Assembly: GCA_902587125.1 (NCBI GenBank)
Contig: CACIJW010000001.1
Span: forward strand, 205,566 to 269,565
Length of the DNA stretch: 64,000 bases
DNA from: an uncultured Bacteroidota bacterium
Lineage (GTDB): Bacteria; Bacteroidota; Bacteroidia; Flavobacteriales; BACL11
Direction: 5' to 3'
Both the position numbers and the translations under genes were made by a program. Below the pieces are notes generated by a model. That model was not told the DNA's origin. It did not search any database and saw only the letters and a program-made list of their open reading frames with translations. This document shows, piece by piece, positions 59,055 to 64,000 of the stretch (its first letter is position 1; the number at the start of each line of letters is the position of its first letter).

Positions 59055-60449
59055 ATGAAGATAAAATCAATATGTTGTATCGGAGCAGGTTATGTTGGAG
59101 GTCCAACCATGGCTGTAATTGCTTTAAAATGCCCACACATAAAAGTAACTGTAGTAGATATTAATGAAGAGAGGATTAAAGCATGGAATGACAAAAATCT
59201 TAGTAATTTACCAATATATGAACCCGGGTTAGCTGAAGTTGTTAGTTTAGCAAGAAATAGGAATTTATTTTTTTCTACAAAAATAGATAAAGCTATAGAG
59301 GAATCAGAAATGATTTTTATATCTGTGAATACACCAACAAAAACTTATGGGATTGGGAAAGGACAAGCGGCAGACTTAAAATACGTTGAACTATGCGCTC
59401 GTAATATAGCTAGAGTTGCAAAAGATGACAAAATTGTTGTGGAAAAATCTACACTACCTGTCAGAACTGCAGAAGCTGTCCAAACAATACTGGATTCAAC
59501 TGGTAATGGTATAAATTTCGAGGTTTTATCAAACCCTGAATTTTTAGCTGAAGGAACAGCTGTTCAAGATTTATTTAAATCCGATAGAGTATTGATTGGT
59601 GGATCTCAGTCAAAAAGTGGTAAAAAAGCAATTGATCAACTAGTTGATATTTATGCAAATTGGATACCAAGAGAAAAAATTTACACTACAAATGTATGGT
59701 CTTCTGAGCTATCTAAACTTGTTGCAAATGCTTTCTTAGCACAAAGAATAAGCTCCATAAACAGCATATCAGCTTTATGTGAAAAAACTGAAGCAGATGT
59801 AGATGAGGTAGCTACTGCTATCGGAATGGATACAAGAATTGGTGATAAATTTCTAAAATCTTCAGTAGGCTTTGGTGGAAGCTGTTTTCAAAAAGACATT
59901 CTAAACTTAGTTTATATTTCAAAATCGCTAGGTCTAGATGAAGTTTCTGAATACTGGAATCAGGTTATTAAAATAAACAATTATCAAAAAACTAGATTTG
60001 CAAAAAAAATCATAAAATCTCTTTTTGACACAGTTTCAGATAAAAAAATTACTTTTTTTGGCTGGTCATTTAAAAAAGACACAAACGATACTCGAGAGTC
60101 TGCTGCTATATATGTGGCTGATATACTTATTGAGAATGGAGCTAAGGTTTTTGTATATGACCCTAAAGTTTCTAGAGAACAAATGCTCACAGATTTAGAT
60201 TATTTAAATACAAGAACAAGTAATGAAAATAGAGAATCTTTAATTACAGAAAAAAACCCGTACGATGCGGCCAAAGATTCTCATGCGATTGCAATTATTA
60301 CTGAATGGGATGAGTTTATATCATTAGATTGGAAAAAAATTCATAAAAAAGTTATGAAGCCTGCAAAAATATTTGACGGAAGAAATATATTAGACAGAAA
60401 AGAAATAAAAAAAATAGGGTTTGAGCTTTATTCTATAGGAAAGTACTAG
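59055..60449 (+). CDS. ugd: UDP-glucose 6-dehydrogenase (probable ATG at 59055)
   Basis: [59 protein letters not shown]. Confidence 0.95.
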   Translation: MKIKSICCIGAGYVGGPTMAVIALKCPHIKVTVVDINEERIKAWNDKNLSNLPIYEPGLAEVVSLARNRNLFFSTKIDKAIEESEMIFISVNTPTKTYGIGKGQAADLKYVELCARNIARVAKDDKIVVEKSTLPVRTAEAVQTILDSTGNGINFEVLSNPEFLAEGTAVQDLFKSDRVLIGGSQSKSGKKAIDQLVDIYANWIPREKIYTTNVWSSELSKLVANAFLAQRISSINSISALCEKTEADVDEVATAIGMDTRIGDKFLKSSVGFGGSCFQKDILNLVYISKSLGLDEVSEYWNQVIKINNYQKTRFAKKIIKSLFDTVSDKKITFFGWSFKKDTNDTRESAAIYVADILIENGAKVFVYDPKVSREQMLTDLDYLNTRTSNENRESLITEKNPYDAAKDSHAIAIITEWDEFISLDWKKIHKKVMKPAKIFDGRNILDRKEIKKIGFELYSIGKY

Positions 60450-60460
60450 TCTTAATTATT

Positions 60461-61414
60461 TTGATAACTAAAAGTACAAAAATATATATTGCCGGTCACA
60501 AAGGAATGGTAGGCAGTTCGATTTGGAATTTGTTACAAAAAAATGGTTTTAAAAATTTAGTTGGAAAAAGTTCATTTGAACTTGATTTAAGAAACCAAAA
60601 AGAAGTCCAAGACTTCTTTAAAATTGAAAGCCCCGAAATTGTAATATGTGCCGCCGCAAAAGTCGGGGGAATATTAGCTAACGTAAATAACCCTTTTAGA
60701 ATTATTTCAGATAATCTTGATATCCAAAATAATTTAATTAAATCTTCTCTTGAACATGACGTAAAAAAGTTTATTTTTTTAGGAAGTTCATGTATATATC
60801 CAAAAAACTGTTCTCAACCAATAAAAGAGTCTTATTTGTTAACAAATACTTTAGAGCAAACAAATCAGTATTATTCCGTATCAAAAATTGCAGGAATAAA
60901 ATTATGTGAATCTATAAGAAATCAATACAAGAAGGACTTTGTTTGCTTGATGCCATGCAATCTTTATGGCCCTAGGGACAATTTTGATCTAAAAAACTCT
61001 CATGTACTTCCAGCTCTAATCAGAAGGTTTTATGAGGGGAAAAAGAATAAAGCTTCAACAATATGTTTGTGGGGTACTGGTACACCATTAAGAGAATTTT
61101 TATATGTTGAAGATTTAGCAAGGGCTATTTTTTTTATGATGAACAAAAAAAAATCTGACTTCATATACAATGTTGGCTCTGGCATTGAAATTACAATTCG
61201 AGACTTAGCCTTAAAAATTCAAAATATAATTGGATACGAAGGAGAAATTATTTGGGATCATTCTAAACCAAATGGTGTTCACAGAAAGCTTTTAAATACA
61301 CAAAAGTTATCATCCTTAGGATGGAAAAGTACGTTTGATTTAGATGAAGGAATAAATAATACTATCTCTTGGTTTAACAAAAACTATAAAAATCTTAAAA
61401 AAGTGACATTTTAA
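60461..61414 (+). CDS. fcl: GDP-L-fucose synthase (TTG start)
   Basis: AGHKGMVGS, AAKVGGI, LGSSCIYPK, YSVSKIAG, MPCNLYGP.DNF, SHVLPALI, WGTGTPLREF. Confidence 0.95.
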   Translation: MITKSTKIYIAGHKGMVGSSIWNLLQKNGFKNLVGKSSFELDLRNQKEVQDFFKIESPEIVICAAAKVGGILANVNNPFRIISDNLDIQNNLIKSSLEHDVKKFIFLGSSCIYPKNCSQPIKESYLLTNTLEQTNQYYSVSKIAGIKLCESIRNQYKKDFVCLMPCNLYGPRDNFDLKNSHVLPALIRRFYEGKKNKASTICLWGTGTPLREFLYVEDLARAIFFMMNKKKSDFIYNVGSGIEITIRDLALKIQNIIGYEGEIIWDHSKPNGVHRKLLNTQKLSSLGWKSTFDLDEGINNTISWFNKNYKNLKKVTF

Positions 61415-61439
61415 CTAAAATTTAGTTGTTTTGTATCTC

Positions 61440-62522
61440 ATGAAAAAAATTGCTTTAATTACTGGTATTACAGGCCAAGATGGCTCATATTTAGCTGAGT
61501 TGCTTTTAAATAAAGGTTACGTTGTACATGGTGTCAAAAGGAGGTCATCAATGTTCAATACGCAAAGAATTGATCACATATTTGAAAATCTTAAACTACA
61601 AAACAAAAGATTTTTTTTGCATTTCGGAGACTTAATTGATAGTTCTAATATAATTAGGCTTATCTCAGAGATTAGACCAAATGAAATTTACAACTTAGCA
61701 GCTATGAGTCACGTAAAAGTATCATTTGAAATTCCGGAATATGTCGCTAATACAGATGCTATTGGAACATTAAGAATTTTAGAAGCAATAAGAATTTTAG
61801 GTTTAGAAAAAAAAACAAGAATTTACCAAGCTTCAACATCAGAGCTTTATGGTAACAACATGCAAATTCCTTTAAACGAGGAGTCACAATTTTATCCAAA
61901 CTCACCTTATGCTGTAGCAAAACTATATTCATATTGGATAATGATTAACTACAGAAAAGCATATAATATATTTGCTGCTAACGGAATATTATTTAATCAT
62001 GAAAGCCCCAGAAGAGGGGAAACGTTTGTAACAAGAAAAATAACTATTGGAATTGCTAAAATTTTATATGGATTGAATGACAAACTTTATCTTGGCAATC
62101 TAGATGCAGTAAGAGATTGGGGACATGCAAAAGATTACGTTGATGCTATGTGGAGAATACTACAACATAAAAATCCGCAAGATTGGGTTATTGCAACAGG
62201 TTTGTCTTACTCTATAAGAGAATTTTTAATTGCATGTTTAAAAAAAGTTGGCTTAATACTAGGCTTTAGAGGCAAGGGGTTGAATGAAATTGGATATGTT
62301 ATTTCTTCAAAAAATGAAAATTACAAACATTTAGTTGGAAAAGAAATCATCAATGTGAGTGAGAAATATTTTAGACCATCTGATGTCAATAAGCTTGTGG
62401 GTGATGCATCAAAGGCTAGACAAAAACTAGATTGGAAGCCAAAAAGTTCTTTTGATGATTTAGTAGAAGAAATGATAACTCACGATATGCAAATGATAGA
62501 AAAGAAATATTTTAAAAAATGA
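61440..62522 (+). CDS. gmd: GDP-mannose 4,6-dehydratase (probable ATG at 61440)
   Basis: TGITGQDGSYL, NLAAMSHV..SF, QASTSELYG, SPYAVAKLY, NHESPRRGETFVTRKI, RDWGHAKDYV. Confidence 0.97.
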   Translation: MKKIALITGITGQDGSYLAELLLNKGYVVHGVKRRSSMFNTQRIDHIFENLKLQNKRFFLHFGDLIDSSNIIRLISEIRPNEIYNLAAMSHVKVSFEIPEYVANTDAIGTLRILEAIRILGLEKKTRIYQASTSELYGNNMQIPLNEESQFYPNSPYAVAKLYSYWIMINYRKAYNIFAANGILFNHESPRRGETFVTRKITIGIAKILYGLNDKLYLGNLDAVRDWGHAKDYVDAMWRILQHKNPQDWVIATGLSYSIREFLIACLKKVGLILGFRGKGLNEIGYVISSKNENYKHLVGKEIINVSEKYFRPSDVNKLVGDASKARQKLDWKPKSSFDDLVEEMITHDMQMIEKKYFKK

Positions 62523-63532
62523 AAGTTTTAATAACTGGTATTGCAGGTTTTATTGGCTTTCACACTGCAAAAAAACTATTATCTCAAAACTATAAAGTTT
62601 ATGGGGTCGATTCTATCAACGATTATTATAGTACAAAGCTGAAATATGACAGATTGTCTGAACTAGGCTTAGAAAAAGAGTGTGCAGATAAGTTTTATGT
62701 TGAGTGTAAAAGTGAAAAATTTAAAAATTTGATTTTTCAAAGAGCTGACTTGACAAATTCTGAAAAAGTTAGAATGATCTTTAAGGCTCATAAGTTCAAT
62801 ATTGTATGTCATCTGGCAGCTCAGCCAGGTGTAAGATATAGCTTAGTAAATCCTCATGCTTATATTAACTCTAATATCAATGGTTTTTTAAATATTCTTG
62901 AAGGATGTAGGAACAATAAAATTAGTCATCTGATTTATGCATCTAGTTCAAGTGTTTATGGAAATAATAAAAAATTGCCATTTAAAACAGAAGATAAAGT
63001 GGATAATCCTGTGAGTCTATACGCAGCCACAAAAAAAAGTAATGAATTGATGGCATATACCTACAGTCATCTTTATGGCTTTAAGACAACAGGGTTACGG
63101 TTTTTTACTGTTTATGGACCCTGGGGAAGACCTGACATGGCAATCTATTTATTTGCAGATGCAATTAAACAAGAAAAACCAATTAAAGTTTACAATAATG
63201 GCAACTTGTTCAGGGACTTTACATACATTGACGATATAGTGCAGGGAATATCAAATATTGTTTCTTATAAACCAAAACAATATTTGAGCAAAATTTATAA
63301 TATTGGAAATAGTAAGCCAGTTAACCTTATGGATTTCATAACTTTACTTGAAAGATTCTTAAACACCAAAGCCAAGAAAGAAATGTGTGAAATGCAGCCA
63401 GGTGATGTTTACAAGACCTGGGCAGATGTTTCTGAATTAGAAAAAGACTATAATTACAGTCCTAAAACAGACCTAGAATATGGCATAAAGTCATTTGTTG
63501 ATTGGTTTTCTTTATATAACATTCAAAAATAA
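62519..63532 (+). CDS. UDP-glucuronate 4-epimerase-like NAD-dependent epimerase
   Basis: TGIAGFIG, HLAAQPGVRYSL.NP, ASSSSVYG, SLYAATKK, LRFFTVYGPWGRPDMA, RDFTYIDD, QPGDV. Confidence 0.9.
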   Translation: MKVLITGIAGFIGFHTAKKLLSQNYKVYGVDSINDYYSTKLKYDRLSELGLEKECADKFYVECKSEKFKNLIFQRADLTNSEKVRMIFKAHKFNIVCHLAAQPGVRYSLVNPHAYINSNINGFLNILEGCRNNKISHLIYASSSSVYGNNKKLPFKTEDKVDNPVSLYAATKKSNELMAYTYSHLYGFKTTGLRFFTVYGPWGRPDMAIYLFADAIKQEKPIKVYNNGNLFRDFTYIDDIVQGISNIVSYKPKQYLSKIYNIGNSKPVNLMDFITLLERFLNTKAKKEMCEMQPGDVYKTWADVSELEKDYNYSPKTDLEYGIKSFVDWFSLYNIQK

Positions 63533-63538
63533 TTTTAA

Positions 63539-64000
63539 ATGAAACGTCCTGACTTTCTTATTTGCGGGGCTCAGAAGGGTGGTACAACTTCATTATTGAA
63601 TTATGCCAAAAAAATTAATGCTATTTTATTTTCCAAACTTTTTCCATTTTACATATTCACAATCTTAAGCTCAGTAAGCGAGTTATTATTTACTAGATAT
63701 TTCATTATCAATGTTGGGGTTGAAGGGCTTGGTATGTATGCTCTGATGTTGAGTATATCATTAATTGCATTTAATGTAATTGAAACAAGAACCAGCGAAA
63801 GTGTTGTATATTTTCTAGCACAAAAAAATTCAAAAAATCTAGTTTTAACGACGTCTCTTTTTTTTGATATATTATCATTAATTCTGATTACTTGCTTGAT
63901 GACAATCTTTTTCCCATTTATTAAAAACAACTTACAGGGGATGTCCTCGGTTCCAAATACAGTTTTTTTGTTGGGTATATTAATAAATACACCTTTAATG
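63539..64000 (+). CDS. Open-ended ORF: sulfotransferase PAPS-binding N-terminus fused to a Wzx-flippase-like membrane protein (runs off the window's right edge)
   Basis: Not in the ORF track. 154 stop-free codons from ATG 63539: MKRPDFLICGAQKGGTTSLLNY then AKKINAILFSKLFPFYIFTILSSVSELLFTRYFIINVGVEGLGMYALMLSISL and further TM segments. Confidence 0.75.
   Translation, partial: MKRPDFLICGAQKGGTTSLLNYAKKINAILFSKLFPFYIFTILSSVSELLFTRYFIINVGVEGLGMYALMLSISLIAFNVIETRTSESVVYFLAQKNSKNLVLTTSLFFDILSLILITCLMTIFFPFIKNNLQGMSSVPNTVFLLGILINTPLM

Noticed and set aside
19256-61439. Extended N-termini in the ORF track (ftsX, truB, queA, recJ, O-antigen ligase, rnpA, DUF4271, gcdH, DUF4175, cysN, ugd, gmd)
   Set aside because: They create long overlaps with neighbours or run through promoter elements; downstream starts fit better.
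4463-63930. Short ORFs in the supplied track that lie antisense or out of frame within real genes (e.g. 4463, 7033, 20477, 22091, 22472, 36552, 45888, 57311)
   Set aside because: They are shadows of well-supported genes, with no motifs or start context.
63649-63930. 93-aa minus-strand ORF at the window end
   Set aside because: It is the antisense shadow of the longer plus-strand frame from 63539, which fits operon direction and has recognisable motifs.
1-64000. CRISPR arrays, tRNA/rRNA genes, IS elements, integrases, prophage genes
   Set aside because: No regularly spaced repeats, cloverleaf or rRNA-like segments, or transposase/recombinase motifs were seen by eye; tRNAscan/Infernal would be needed to exclude small RNAs.

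Overview
Very AT-rich, gene-dense bacterial chromosome segment that reads as Bacteroidetes, most likely a streamlined marine Flavobacteriales. Supporting signs are TAnnTTTG -7 promoters, A-rich Shine-Dalgarno-free start regions, eukaryote-type GlyRS, DUF3098/DUF3109/DUF4271 neighbours and a T9SS-like secreted protein. Contents from left to right: (i) housekeeping genes (tyrS, gpmI, peptidases) and a 557-bp T-tract intergenic region; (ii) a nine-gene eukaryote-like kynurenine (tryptophan catabolism) operon containing an atypical SDR of unassigned function; (iii) a core-gene block (leuS, ftsX, uppP, truB, queA, ispD, rlmN, dnaG, recJ, rsmI, tdk, alr, ctpA, rnpA, hemD, gcdH, glyS, folB, gltX, ybeY, mnmG); (iv) a parS site, a repeated IHF-like motif and a gene-orientation switch that together suggest the replication origin lies near 47-50 kb; (v) the start of a surface-polysaccharide locus combining PAPS synthesis (cysC, cysD, cysN) with uronate, fucose and 6-deoxysugar enzymes. 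The window ends in an ORF missing from the supplied track: a sulfotransferase PAPS-binding N-terminus fused in frame to a flippase-like membrane protein. I found no rRNA, tRNA, CRISPR array, transposase or integrase. All family assignments come from motif recognition by eye and all counts are manual; no database searches were run.
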